DNA of 32,000 nucleotides from Faecalibaculum rodentium (GTDB taxonomy: Bacteria; Bacillota_I; Bacilli_A; Erysipelotrichales; Erysipelotrichaceae): positions 1,230,001-1,262,000 of the forward strand of contig NZ_CP011391.1 in the NCBI RefSeq assembly GCF_001564455.1, given 5' to 3'. Under the pieces are notes generated by a model, which saw only the letters and a program-made list of their open reading frames with translations, was not told where the DNA came from and ran no database searches. The stretch's first letter is position 1. Each line of letters begins with the position of its first letter. This document shows positions 16,020 through 24,613 of the stretch, piece after piece. The position numbers were made by a program, and so were the translations under genes.

Positions 16020-18415
16020 TGCAGGCAGTTCTCTGTTCGGTCAATGATGGCCAGCTGTGTTTCCGGCATCAGCGAGACAAACTGGGCACAGTATCCGGCG
16101 ACACGGACGATCAGGTTCCGGTACCGGTCCGGTTCCTCCATGGCCTGCCGCAAAGTGGCAGAGTCCACGACATTGAACTGGTTATGATAGATGCCCAGGC
16201 GCCTGCTGGCTTTCAGGAATCCCGTGAAGCGCAGCAGGTTCTCTTCTGTCTTCAGGGAATCCGGTGAAAACCGCATGTTCAAAAGCTGTCCGGCAGCGAC
16301 TCTGTCATTGGGAAGTTTCGCCACAGACCGTATCACTGCAGTCGGTCCGTTGATGTCTGTCCCCTGTGTCGGGGAACAGCCTTCATTGAGCGGACTGTGC
16401 GCCGTCCGCCCATCCGGTGTTGCACCCGTGTCTTTGCCGTTGGGGACATAGCTTGTGATGTTGGAGGTGCTCATGGCATAAGCCGACACAGCCGGTCCCC
16501 GGTCTTTGCGAATCGTGGCATAGTCCGGCAGAAGCGCCAGGTAGGACTCGAACACATCTTTCACCACTGCATCCACAGCATCATCATCATTGCCGAATTT
16601 CGGCACCTCCATACAGAGCGCGCGGATGCGTGCACTTTCCGGAGACTGCCAGTTATCGTCCATGGCCTCCCGGACCTGTGCAAGTGTCAGCTCCCGGTCA
16701 TCAAACACCAGTTTTTTCAAGGCGTACAGGGAGTTGCCGACGACAGCCGGTCCGATGTTGCTCTGGCTCACGACATCATAGCGGCAGCCTCCTTCCTTGG
16801 CTGTCTTTCCCTTCTCCAGGCAGTCACGGATGAAGACGGATGCAAAGGGAGAGGCATCATAGCGCTCCAGGGACCTGTCGCAGACCGCATCGCACTCCAC
16901 TGCCAGATCGGTGTAGAACTTCAGCAGTGTGTTCCAGCTGCTCCAGAGCTCTTCATAGCTGCCGAACTCATCGGGAACAGGACACAGGCAGGTTCCGCTG
17001 GCCGGATCACACCCACCGTGCAGCAGCAGTTCCAGGATTTTTCCCCAGTTCACATAGGTCATACCTGTGGCTCTGTGTCCGTATTTTCCCGGGACCCCGG
17101 TCTCCACGCACCCGATGGCGCAATAGTCCAGGGCATCTTCCCATGGAATGCCGAGATCATGGATTGCTTTCGCAGCCACGTCATCATTGAACATGGAAGG
17201 CATTCCGCAGCCGGTTGCAATGAGCCTGGCTGCAAGCCGCAGAAGGTCATCCGGTGTGTCCTTCGAATACCGCATGGAGAAGTTGGGTTCGGCCATGGCT
17301 GTCAGATTCATGGCCTCCAGACAGAGATACGACAGAGGATTTGTGCCATCCTCTCCATCTGGGCGCCGACCGCCGATCATCAGGTTTGAATACAGCGGAT
17401 AGCCCTGAGAATACCGTGTATGACCATAGGGACGCACTTTGTTGCAGGAAGAGTTCATCAGGAACATATGCGTGATGCGTTCCAGGGCTTTCTCCTTCGT
17501 GATCCGCCCCATCTCAAGGTCTGTCTGGAGATACGGCCACAGATACTGGTCAAACCGGCCATAACAGAAACTGTGGCCATTGGATTCGATCATCTGCAGC
17601 ACATGGACAAGATATACAGTCTGCAGGGCTTCCTCGAAGTTTTGTGCCGGCTGTTCCAGAAGCGACTGTGCCATGACCTGCATGGAGCGCAGTTCGGCAG
17701 CCCGTTTCGGGTCGTCCACCTCTTCGGCCAGGGAGCCTGCCAGCACCCCGAACCGCTTGATCCAGTCAAGGGCTGCTTCCAGTGTGATGGCGGCCGCTTC
17801 GTAAAATGCCTGTGTATGACCAGTTTCTGCCGCAGCCATCCGTTCCCTGCATTCCCGTGCCAGATCCCGGAAACCGCGATTGAGAATCATTTCGTGGTCC
17901 GGAACGATGTGGCCGTCTCCGGACATGGAAATTCCCCCACGGTGCAGAACTTTCTGCTGTTCGGCCTGGACAATCCGTTCAGGTGTGGCCCTTCGCACCT
18001 GATCTTCATGGGTGTGACCGTGCCAGTATGACTGGATGGAACGCAGCCGGGCCTTGTCTTCTTCACTCACCTGAAACACATCGCCATCCCGGAGGGAAAA
18101 GGTCTCCAGTTCATCGATCACCCAGTCAATGGAATACTCCGGAAAAACCGGAGCGGCGAAATTCCGGCTGGCCTGGCACCCGAATATCAGAGAATCTTTG
18201 TCAATCCAGATGGTCATTTCCTTCAGTGTCCGGGCAAAAGCCTTCGCTTTTCGCAGCAGCCAGTCTTCCCCTTCTGTTTCCTGAAAAGAGCGGGTATAGC
18301 ACATGGCCCGTTCTGTACAGAGACTGGCCTGACGGTTCTGCATCCTGGTCCGCAGTCGGCGGATCCTCTCCAGGTCGATGTCATCGTTTCGGGGAATGAA
18401 TTCCAGAAACTCCAT
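16016..18415 (-). CDS. glycyl radical enzyme, PFL2/glycerol-dehydratase-like clade, substrate unknown (799 aa)
   Basis: The C-terminal glycyl-radical motif is NLIVRVAGYCAQF and the thiyl loop is AIGCVETG. I trimmed the start to ATG 18415 (MEFLEFIPRNDD..), which has AAAGGAG 7 nt upstream. Confidence 0.92.
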   Translation of the reverse strand: MEFLEFIPRNDDIDLERIRRLRTRMQNRQASLCTERAMCYTRSFQETEGEDWLLRKAKAFARTLKEMTIWIDKDSLIFGCQASRNFAAPVFPEYSIDWVIDELETFSLRDGDVFQVSEEDKARLRSIQSYWHGHTHEDQVRRATPERIVQAEQQKVLHRGGISMSGDGHIVPDHEMILNRGFRDLARECRERMAAAETGHTQAFYEAAAITLEAALDWIKRFGVLAGSLAEEVDDPKRAAELRSMQVMAQSLLEQPAQNFEEALQTVYLVHVLQMIESNGHSFCYGRFDQYLWPYLQTDLEMGRITKEKALERITHMFLMNSSCNKVRPYGHTRYSQGYPLYSNLMIGGRRPDGEDGTNPLSYLCLEAMNLTAMAEPNFSMRYSKDTPDDLLRLAARLIATGCGMPSMFNDDVAAKAIHDLGIPWEDALDYCAIGCVETGVPGKYGHRATGMTYVNWGKILELLLHGGCDPASGTCLCPVPDEFGSYEELWSSWNTLLKFYTDLAVECDAVCDRSLERYDASPFASVFIRDCLEKGKTAKEGGCRYDVVSQSNIGPAVVGNSLYALKKLVFDDRELTLAQVREAMDDNWQSPESARIRALCMEVPKFGNDDDAVDAVVKDVFESYLALLPDYATIRKDRGPAVSAYAMSTSNITSYVPNGKDTGATPDGRTAHSPLNEGCSPTQGTDINGPTAVIRSVAKLPNDRVAAGQLLNMRFSPDSLKTEENLLRFTGFLKASRRLGIYHNQFNVVDSATLRQAMEEPDRYRNLIVRVAGYCAQFVSLMPETQLAIIDRTENCLQ

Positions 18416-18489
18416 GTTCTGTCTCCTTTCTGACTCTGTCAGATGACTGACTGTTGAAGGGGTGGTCCGACAGGAACTCTTCAGCGTCA

Positions 18490-18520
18490 GGAAAAGCCGC
18501 AGCGGATCTGCGGCTCTTTT
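18490..18520 (-). terminator. weak terminator-like hairpin between deoC-like gene and the glycyl radical enzyme gene
   Basis: AGCCGCAG-cggat-CTGCGGCT (18495-18515) is flanked by short A/T runs (TTTTCC on the minus-strand RNA). Confidence 0.45.
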
Positions 18521-18555
18521 CAATGAAATACAGCAGCCGGATACCTGGCCCGGAT

Positions 18556-19275
18556 TCAGTCACCGATTCCCAGGACCACAGGCACACTTTTATACCCCAC
18601 ACCCATGCGGTCGATTCCCATATCGATCAGCTTCAGGAAGTGGTCTCTGGTGCGGATGCAGCCCGACCCCTTGACTTTCATGTCCGGACCGGCTTCCTCC
18701 ATCATGATGGCGATCACCTCCGGCGTTGCGCCGTGGCTTTCGTGCCCGGTCAGAAAACCTGTACTGGTTTTTACGAAATCCGCACCGGATTCTTTGACGA
18801 TCCTGGTCCCTTTCCTGACCTGTTCTTCCGTCAGGGCATCGGTTTCCAGGATGACTTTCAGCGTCTTTCCTGCATCATGGGCAGCCTGTGCACACTGCTT
18901 CAGATCCTCCAGGACTTCTTCATACCGCCCGCTGCGAATCTGCCCATAGTTAGCCACGATGTCGATGTCCATGACCTCCGGGCTTCGGGCCGCATCCTGG
19001 ATCTGGCGGATCCTGGATTCTGTGCTGGATGTCCCGAACGGGAAATCTGCCACAGGAGCGAGCTTTGTCGCAGTCCCCCTGACAAATGGTTCACACAGCT
19101 CGATATATTTCGGGTTGATGCAGATGGTGGCGCATTTCTTTTTTACACCGTCTTTTGTCAGTTCGATGATTTCTTCTTCCGTGAACTCTGGCTTCAGGAC
19201 CGAATAGTCGATGTAGGAAGCCAGCTCTTCCTGTGTCATTTGTTCCGCTTTCTTCTCCGGATGTTTCATTTCCAT
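18556..19275 (-). CDS. deoC: deoxyribose-phosphate aldolase family (DeoC/LacD class I aldolase, ~239 aa)
   Basis: It has the Schiff-base lysine motif ADFVKTSTGF and an N-terminal YIDYSVLKPEFTEEEI pattern. I chose ATG 19275 (MEMKHPEKK..) as the start. ATGs at 19269 and 19239 are alternatives. Confidence 0.85.
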   Translation of the reverse strand: MEMKHPEKKAEQMTQEELASYIDYSVLKPEFTEEEIIELTKDGVKKKCATICINPKYIELCEPFVRGTATKLAPVADFPFGTSSTESRIRQIQDAARSPEVMDIDIVANYGQIRSGRYEEVLEDLKQCAQAAHDAGKTLKVILETDALTEEQVRKGTRIVKESGADFVKTSTGFLTGHESHGATPEVIAIMMEEAGPDMKVKGSGCIRTRDHFLKLIDMGIDRMGVGYKSVPVVLGIGD

Positions 19276-19502
19276 GTACCTTCTTTCTGGCTCCATCATA
19301 ACAATAACTGTATGTTTTTGAGCGTTTATTTTCGAAATTGGGCGAAAACAGACTCCATGTTTTTGTTCAGAAAGAGAACGGGTGTTTTTACTTCGGTTCA
19401 AAAGAAAAATGGCGTGCGGCAGGATGGCCCGGAGGCCGGCTGGCTGCCATCCCATGAAGAATCAACCCCTGCGCTGCTCTGTGCTGCGGACAGGATCCGG
19501 AT

Positions 19503-19530
19503 TTAAAAAAAACCGGGAAACCCGGTTTTT
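19503..19530 (-). terminator. rho-independent terminator (bidirectional shape)
   Basis: AACCGGG-aaa-CCCGGTT lies at 19511-19527. An A8 run precedes it and a T5 run follows it. It sits 7 nt after the stop at 19537. Confidence 0.8.
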
Positions 19531-19536
19531 CATGCA

Positions 19537-20724
19537 TTATTCTCCAATGTGAAATTTCCTCTGCACATCCGACAGGACGGCCTTTGCAAAGTCCCGGCCA
19601 CCGATGCCAAAGCTGATGGCAAAGGCAACAGCCACAGCGGCGATCACCAGGATGAATGTGGAATCCACCAGTGTCCGGGCAATGCCCAGCTGGTTGAGGA
19701 CCATGAATGCAGCCACTGCATAAATGACATACCGGACAATGAGTCCCATAGATCCGTGGCCGTTCTTCTTCAGGGCATTTCCTGCCACGGCTGCGAGGAA
19801 GAAGGCGATGAAGAGAATGATGACCGCCGTCAGCAAAGACGGCATGTACGCAATCACAGCCGTACCGATTCTGGTGAGCACGCCCAGGTGCAATGTCGAG
19901 AAGCTCTCCACCACAAAGAAGATGATCATGACAGCTTCCACTGTCTTGCCGATGATGGCAGACAGCACATAGGGGGAATCATCTCTGGTGCCCGCCAGGG
20001 CAGCAAGCTTCGCATCCAGGCCGGAAGCAGCAATGATCCGGGTGATGATGTTGCCGCAAAACTTCGCCAGTACCCAGCCGATGGCAATGATGACAAGGGC
20101 AGCGAGCAGGCTCGGGATATAGGAGAAGATGATGCTCAGCATGGCAATTGCCGGATCGGAGATGGCCTTGATGTCCAGGACATACAGGGCTGAAATGATG
20201 ACTGGAATCAGAATCAGCACATATACAATGTATGCGATTGTGTTGGAAAGCCGGCCTTCATCCCGGACTTCGATGCCGGCGATTTTTTGAAGACGGTTGA
20301 CTTCCAGCTTGTTGAGGACCGGAATCAGCAGCTCACGAACGAGGCGGGCAACATAGAAACCGATCCAGAGGATGATGACGCAGAACAGAATGTTGGGAAC
20401 ATAGCCCCAGACCGTGTTCAGAAGTGTCAGAACCGGAGCGGATACCTGTGTCATGCCCAGGATCTCGAAGATACCGGGCACAAACAGCAGGAACACGACC
20501 AGCTGCACCAGCTTGCCGATCAGATCTATCGTTTTCGGTCCCTGGTTTTCCGCACCCTCGCCGGTTCCTTTCAGCGTTGCAAGTTTTGTCCTCGAGAGCA
20601 GCTTTACAATCAGCGATTTCGCAATCGCAGCCACAATGAAGGCCAGCACCAGCAGCAGAACCGCCTTGATGGCAGTCCCCAGACCGGTGTTGAAGAAATC
20701 AGTAAACCATCTGAAGTCTCTCAT
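19537..20724 (-). CDS. membrane protein with conserved TM-helix repeats (mechanosensitive-channel-related, ~395 aa)
   Basis: The protein is highly hydrophobic and internally repetitive (MRDFRWFTDFFNTGLGTAIKAVLLLVLAFIVAAIAKSLIVKLL...). I trimmed the start to ATG 20724, which has AAAGGAAA upstream. The 37 upstream codons have no support. Confidence 0.8.
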   Translation of the reverse strand: MRDFRWFTDFFNTGLGTAIKAVLLLVLAFIVAAIAKSLIVKLLSRTKLATLKGTGEGAENQGPKTIDLIGKLVQLVVFLLFVPGIFEILGMTQVSAPVLTLLNTVWGYVPNILFCVIILWIGFYVARLVRELLIPVLNKLEVNRLQKIAGIEVRDEGRLSNTIAYIVYVLILIPVIISALYVLDIKAISDPAIAMLSIIFSYIPSLLAALVIIAIGWVLAKFCGNIITRIIAASGLDAKLAALAGTRDDSPYVLSAIIGKTVEAVMIIFFVVESFSTLHLGVLTRIGTAVIAYMPSLLTAVIILFIAFFLAAVAGNALKKNGHGSMGLIVRYVIYAVAAFMVLNQLGIARTLVDSTFILVIAAVAVAFAISFGIGGRDFAKAVLSDVQRKFHIGE

Positions 20725-20959
20725 GATGTTTCCTTTCATGCACCTGTGCGGTGTTGTACCGTTTGGCAGTTTCAACATACCACAATCGTCACAAATTCCT
20801 GTGACATTTGACCGCTCCATCCTCGGATGAAACACGATAATTTGATTTCAGATTGAAAGGAAAATTACTTGAGTAAACATGTCATCTTTCGTCTGGATAT
20901 GGCAGAATCCGTCATGACAGTGGCATTCCCGGCTTCAGGGGTACGGCGGCATTGACAGT

Positions 20960-20990
20960 CAGAAAAAAGGCTGTCCATACAGGACAGCCT
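20960..20990 (-). terminator. rho-independent terminator of pgi
   Basis: The minus-strand RNA reads AGGCTGTCC-tgtat-GGACAGCCT followed by TTTTTTCT. Confidence 0.8.
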
Positions 20991-21008
20991 GATGCATGCT
21001 GACGGGTA

Positions 21009-22280
21009 TTATTCTTTGCCCAGCAGCCGGAACATGTTTTTCTTGTAGACTTCCACACCCGGCTGGTTGAACGGGTTGGAACCGTTGAGAAGTGTGGTCA
21101 TGGCAATGGCCTTGAAGAAGAACATGCACATGTTGCCGAAATCGTAGGAAGTCATGGAGGGCATGGTGATAATGATGTTGGGAACACCACCGGTTTCCTC
21201 GTGTGCCATCAGAGTGCCTTTGGCAGCCATTTTGTTGGCCCAGTCGACGGATTTGCCAGCAAGATAATTCATCTTGTCGGCGTTTTTGTCATCGCCCGGG
21301 AACGTGATGTCGATCATGGGCTGCTCGACATACAGGTTTGTCTCGAACAGGACTTTCTTGCCGTCCTGGACAAACTGACCCAGTGAGTGCAGATCCGTGG
21401 AGTAGTTTACGGAATCCGGCAGAATGCCGAGTCCGTCCTTGCCTTCGGATTCGCCGAACAGCTGCTTCCACCATTCGGATACCATGGCCATCTGCGGTTC
21501 ATAGTTTACAAAGAGTTCCACATCATATCCCTGGTGCTGCAGAATGCGGCGGGCAACGGCGTAGCGATAAGCGGGGTTTTTGTCGAGATCGGCATCGCCA
21601 TATTCGCCCATGCCATCGTGCAGACCCTGCATCAGCGCATCAATATCAATCCCGGCAGCCGCAATAGGCAGCAGGCCCACGGGGGTGATGACGGAGAAAC
21701 GTCCGCCGATATCATCGGGAATGACGAATGTCTCATAGCCTTCTTCATCAGCCATGGGTTTCAGGGCACCGCGAGCCTTGTCTGTGGTGGCATAAATGCG
21801 GCCTGCGGCCTGGTCCCCGTATTTGTCTTCCATGAACTGTTTGAGGATCCGGAAAGCCAGAGCGGTTTCGGTGGTTGTACCGGATTTGGAAATGACATTC
21901 ACGGACACTTCCCTGTCCTTCAGGTACTCCATGACCTGTGCGATATATGTGCTGGAGAATGTGTTTCCCATGTAAATGACTTCGATCTGCTTTGCAGGAT
22001 ACAGACCGTTGATCATTTCAATGGCTGCACGTGCACCAAGGTAGGAACCGCCGATTCCGCAGACAACCAGCACGTCAGATTCGTTCCGGATTTTTTCTGC
22101 GGCTTTTTTGATCCTGGCAAATTCTTCCTTGTCATAGTCGTTGGCCCAGGTCATCCAGCCTGTAAAATCACTGCCTTTGCAGGTCTTGTTTCTCAATGCC
22201 TCGTCCAGTTTCGCAACCTCTTCGCGGTAATCATGAAAATCTTCCTTCAGGAAAGCATGGCTGAGATCTAATGTAAGCAT
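21009..22280 (-). CDS. pgi: glucose-6-phosphate isomerase (423 aa)
   Basis: The Firmicute-type Pgi shows long identical stretches with my recollection of Bacillus Pgi (DKEEFARIKKAAEKI, VISKSGTTTE, GYETFVIPDDIGGRFSV, WWKQLFGESEGKD, NPFNQPGVEVYKKNMF). The start is ATG 22280 (MLTLDLSHAF..), with GGGAG 9 nt upstream and a promoter further upstream. Confidence 0.95.
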   Translation of the reverse strand: MLTLDLSHAFLKEDFHDYREEVAKLDEALRNKTCKGSDFTGWMTWANDYDKEEFARIKKAAEKIRNESDVLVVCGIGGSYLGARAAIEMINGLYPAKQIEVIYMGNTFSSTYIAQVMEYLKDREVSVNVISKSGTTTETALAFRILKQFMEDKYGDQAAGRIYATTDKARGALKPMADEEGYETFVIPDDIGGRFSVITPVGLLPIAAAGIDIDALMQGLHDGMGEYGDADLDKNPAYRYAVARRILQHQGYDVELFVNYEPQMAMVSEWWKQLFGESEGKDGLGILPDSVNYSTDLHSLGQFVQDGKKVLFETNLYVEQPMIDITFPGDDKNADKMNYLAGKSVDWANKMAAKGTLMAHEETGGVPNIIITMPSMTSYDFGNMCMFFFKAIAMTTLLNGSNPFNQPGVEVYKKNMFRLLGKE

Positions 22281-22310
22281 GTCAGTTTTCTCCCTTCTGC
22301 CATCTTTAAA

Positions 22311-22339
22311 ATTATATGCCATATTCTCTTCTCCGTCTA
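22311..22339 (-). promoter_or_regulatory. putative sigma-A promoter of pgi (TAGACG-17 nt-TATAAT)
   Basis: On the minus strand, TATAAT lies at 22316-22311 and TAGACG at 22339-22334. This position excludes the more upstream ATG at 22322 as the start. Confidence 0.5.
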
Positions 22340-22466
22340 TTTCATGCACAGAGTGGAAAACCCGGCAGATCCTGAACCTGCAGGAACCCAGCCGACTGTC
22401 ATGCACCATGGCTGACCGGACAGATTCCAGCTGGTGTGTGATAAGCTGAAGATGAGAGGTGATTTC

Positions 22467-22931
22467 ATGATCCCGAATTCCCTGTTTCCCCTGGTCTGTG
22501 CCCTGCTCGCCAATGTCACGGCACAAGTGGCAAAACTGTTCATTTATTATTACCGGACCGGCGAATGGAACCTGCAGTGGGTCCTCATGAGCGGCGGTTT
22601 TCCCAGTTCCCACTCCTCCACAGTCACGGCACTGTCCATGACCGTCGGAATGGAAGACGGGTTTTCCTCCACATTGTTTGCAGTGACAGCTGTGTTTTCT
22701 GCTATCGTTATGTACGATGCCTGTCATGTCCGGTATTACAGCGGCAAGAACATCGAACTCACCCAGCAGCTGATCAAGGATCTTCGGGACATGACCGGTC
22801 TCACGTTCAGCGATCCGATCTACCAGGAAAAACTGAAAACCATACTGGGACACAAAGTCGTGGAAGTCATAGGCGGGTTCGTGCTGGGGCTGCTGATTCC
22901 CCTGCTCCTGTCCCCGCTGTTTCTGATCTGA
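22467..22931 (+). CDS. divergent PAP2 family membrane protein (YuiD/DUF212-like, 154 aa)
   Basis: It has the motifs GGFPSSHSSTVTAL, YDA..VR and GH...EV..G. The start is ATG 22467, with GAGAGG 7 nt upstream. Confidence 0.85.
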   Translation: MIPNSLFPLVCALLANVTAQVAKLFIYYYRTGEWNLQWVLMSGGFPSSHSSTVTALSMTVGMEDGFSSTLFAVTAVFSAIVMYDACHVRYYSGKNIELTQQLIKDLRDMTGLTFSDPIYQEKLKTILGHKVVEVIGGFVLGLLIPLLLSPLFLI

Positions 22932-22992
22932 CAGACCATGCCGGTCTTCTGTCCGGGGACAGCTGAATACAGAAATCAATGGAGGTAATGCT

Positions 22993-23373
22993 ATGGAATA
23001 CAAAGAAAAGCCGGAATCGGCTTCTGAAAAAAAAGAACTGGGACAGGATCCCGAGGCGGTGAAAGCCGCGCAGGATCTGGAGGCCGCAGCGGGTCTGAAA
23101 CCGTCGGAGTCAGAACCCCATGAACTGACAGAGCCGACTGCCCAGGTCCTGGAGGAACAGGTGGAAGAAGTCCTGGAAAAAATCAGGCCGTATATTCAGC
23201 ATGATGGCGGTGACATCGAACTGCTCGGAGTGGATGAAAACAACATTGTATATGTGAGTTTCATCGGTGCCTGTGCGGGCTGTGCCATGGCCGGAGAGGA
23301 TTTCTCCGGAGGTGTCAAGCTCCTGCTCCTGGATGAAGTCCCGGCAATCCGCGATGTTGTGCTGATCGGGTAA
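22993..23373 (+). CDS. NifU-like (Nfu-type) Fe-S cluster assembly domain protein with acidic N-terminal extension (126 aa)
   Basis: The C-terminal 75 aa match the NifU C-terminal domain pattern (IRPYIQHDGGDIELLGVDENNIVYVSFIGACAGCAMA). GGAGG lies 7 nt upstream of the ATG. Confidence 0.85.
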   Translation: MEYKEKPESASEKKELGQDPEAVKAAQDLEAAAGLKPSESEPHELTEPTAQVLEEQVEEVLEKIRPYIQHDGGDIELLGVDENNIVYVSFIGACAGCAMAGEDFSGGVKLLLLDEVPAIRDVVLIG

Positions 23374-23393
23374 AACCTGGTCTGTGGGTTGTG

Positions 23394-23420
23394 AAACGCG
23401 TGCATCACGCGTTTTTTTTC
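23394..23420 (+). terminator. rho-independent terminator after the NifU-like gene
   Basis: AACGCGTG-cat-CACGCGTT is followed by a T8 run. Confidence 0.8.
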
Positions 23421-23454
23421 TTTGGCAAGTGCGTGCCGGTTCTTTTGTGCAGGA

Positions 23455-23486
23455 TCAAAAAAACATCCGGTTTCCCTCCGGATGCT
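23455..23486 (-). terminator. orphan rho-independent terminator on the minus strand
   Basis: The minus-strand RNA reads CATCCGG-agggaaa-CCGGATG followed by a T7 run. It lies 290 nt downstream of the esterase stop, with no intervening ORF. Confidence 0.65.
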
Positions 23487-23680
23487 GTGAACTTTCGTAT
23501 GTACTTGAATTAAATCGGAAAGCTTCCGGCTTTCGGCAGTCTGTTACGCAAATGCACGAAATCAGGCTGCGGGGTAAGTGGAGTCATGAACCGGACACTG
23601 TCCGGCTGTCACAGTCCGGTTTTCTGCTCAGGGATGCAGTCCCATACCTTTCATATACCATTTCCTTTCTTCTGTCTTCG
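23457..23680 (-). ncRNA. candidate ~220-nt small RNA or structured 3' UTR (unclassified)
   Basis: The minus-strand TATAAT at 23691-23686 is preceded by a T-rich UP-like tract and is followed 220 nt later by the strong terminator at 23455-23486. The region has internal hairpins and no SD-led ORF longer than 25 codons. I recognise no known RNA family. Confidence 0.2.
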
Positions 23681-23774
23681 GTTCCATTATAACGGAAAAA
23701 AGTGACAAAACCGGAAAAAACGGAATGTGAAATGATGTGATGATCCGTTCTTTGCGCCCGCTGACAGCGTGAGC

Positions 23775-24518
23775 CTAAACCATGTGCGGCAGGTACTCTA
23801 GAAGCTGCCGCTCCCAGCTGGGCCAGTCATGCGGAGTATCATAGCCCCAGAAACAGGTTTCCACCTGGATTCCTTTGCGCCAGAACAGGTCGGCGAGTTT
23901 TCTTGTATCCTCCAGACACTCGTTTTCCCAGGCTCCCTGTCCGATCACGATTCGGGCATCGGCTGCATTGTACAGCGAAATGCGTTCATCCTGCGGATCC
24001 AGTTCCTCCAGATATGCGAGCGGGTTGTTGATATGAAACTCTTTTGTATAACAGCTGTCATAGACATAGCGGCTCATATCATACAGACCAGACAAAGCCA
24101 GCAGCCGACTGAACCGCCAGGGATGGCGGAAAAACAGATTGACCGCATGATAGGCGCCCATGCTCGCCCCCATCACCATGAGCGGTTCTGCCTCGGACTT
24201 CCCTGTTTTCCACAATGCCGATGGAATGAGTTCGTCGAGCACATAGCGGTTCCAGGCCTCCAGCCGGTGCATGCGGCCTTCTGTGGGCCCGAAGCTGCTC
24301 CACGTTTCTGCATCCACAGAATCCACCGTCAGAAACTGAATCCGTCCTTCGTCGATCAGTCCGGAAACCAGATCGAACATCCGTCTGTCCTCCCATTCAA
24401 AGAACCTGCCATCCTGACAGGGTATCACCAGGCACAAAGGCCCTGCATGTCCATACAGCTTGAATTCCATCTCGCGGCCAAGAATGCTGCTGTATTCTTT
24501 GTAATATCTCACCTGCAT
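23775..24518 (-). CDS. esterase family protein (alpha/beta hydrolase, putative esterase PF00756-like, 247 aa)
   Basis: It has the GxSxG nucleophile elbow GASMGAYHA and the typical N-terminal pattern ..SSILGREMEFKLYGHAG... The start is ATG 24518, with AGGAGA 6 nt upstream. The track start is a TTG. Confidence 0.85.
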   Translation of the reverse strand: MQVRYYKEYSSILGREMEFKLYGHAGPLCLVIPCQDGRFFEWEDRRMFDLVSGLIDEGRIQFLTVDSVDAETWSSFGPTEGRMHRLEAWNRYVLDELIPSALWKTGKSEAEPLMVMGASMGAYHAVNLFFRHPWRFSRLLALSGLYDMSRYVYDSCYTKEFHINNPLAYLEELDPQDERISLYNAADARIVIGQGAWENECLEDTRKLADLFWRKGIQVETCFWGYDTPHDWPSWERQLLEYLPHMV

Positions 24519-24551
24519 AATCAATCTCCTATCCGCTGATTATATCCACGT

Positions 24552-24580
24552 TTGTAGTTTCCCGCAAGAATGCATATAAT
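24552..24580 (+). promoter_or_regulatory. putative sigma-A promoter of typA (TTGTAG-17 nt-TATAAT)
   Basis: TTGTAG lies at 24552-24557 and TATAAT at 24575-24580, with a 17-nt spacer, 34 nt upstream of the ATG. Confidence 0.6.
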
Positions 24581-24613
24581 AGGACCGGATTTATTCAAGA
24601 AAGCGAGCAAGCA

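Noticed and set aside
19411-19450. A GC-rich hairpin, GGATGGC..CCGG-agg-CCGG..GCCATCC, lies in the ~190-nt region upstream of the deoC-like promoter.
   Set aside because: It has no adjacent U-tract, no riboswitch-like conserved core that I recognise, and it lies upstream of the putative extended -10 (TGtTATGAT, 19303-19295). It is therefore probably not in the deoC leader. I left it unannotated.
20788-20805. The inverted repeat GTCACA-aattcc-TGTGAC lies upstream of the TM-helix-repeat membrane protein gene and resembles a CRP/FNR-type site.
   Set aside because: The half-sites are everted (TCACA-N6-TGTGA) relative to the CRP/FNR consensus (TGTGA-N6-TCACA), so it is not that class of operator. 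A 6-bp stem alone is too little to call a regulatory element.
22281-23003. The ORF track gives pgi a 664-aa form with a 240-aa N-terminal extension.
   Set aside because: The extension overlaps the well-supported plus-strand YuiD-like gene and the start of the NifU-like gene, and its composition is non-protein-like. The promoter, SD and homology-consistent N-terminus (MLTLDLSHAF..) all place the real start at 22280.
23384-23692. A 102-codon plus-strand ORF lies in the NifU-esterase intergenic region.
   Set aside because: It starts inside the NifU-gene terminator, has no SD, and its sequence is not protein-like. The region is better described as non-coding (see the sRNA candidate).
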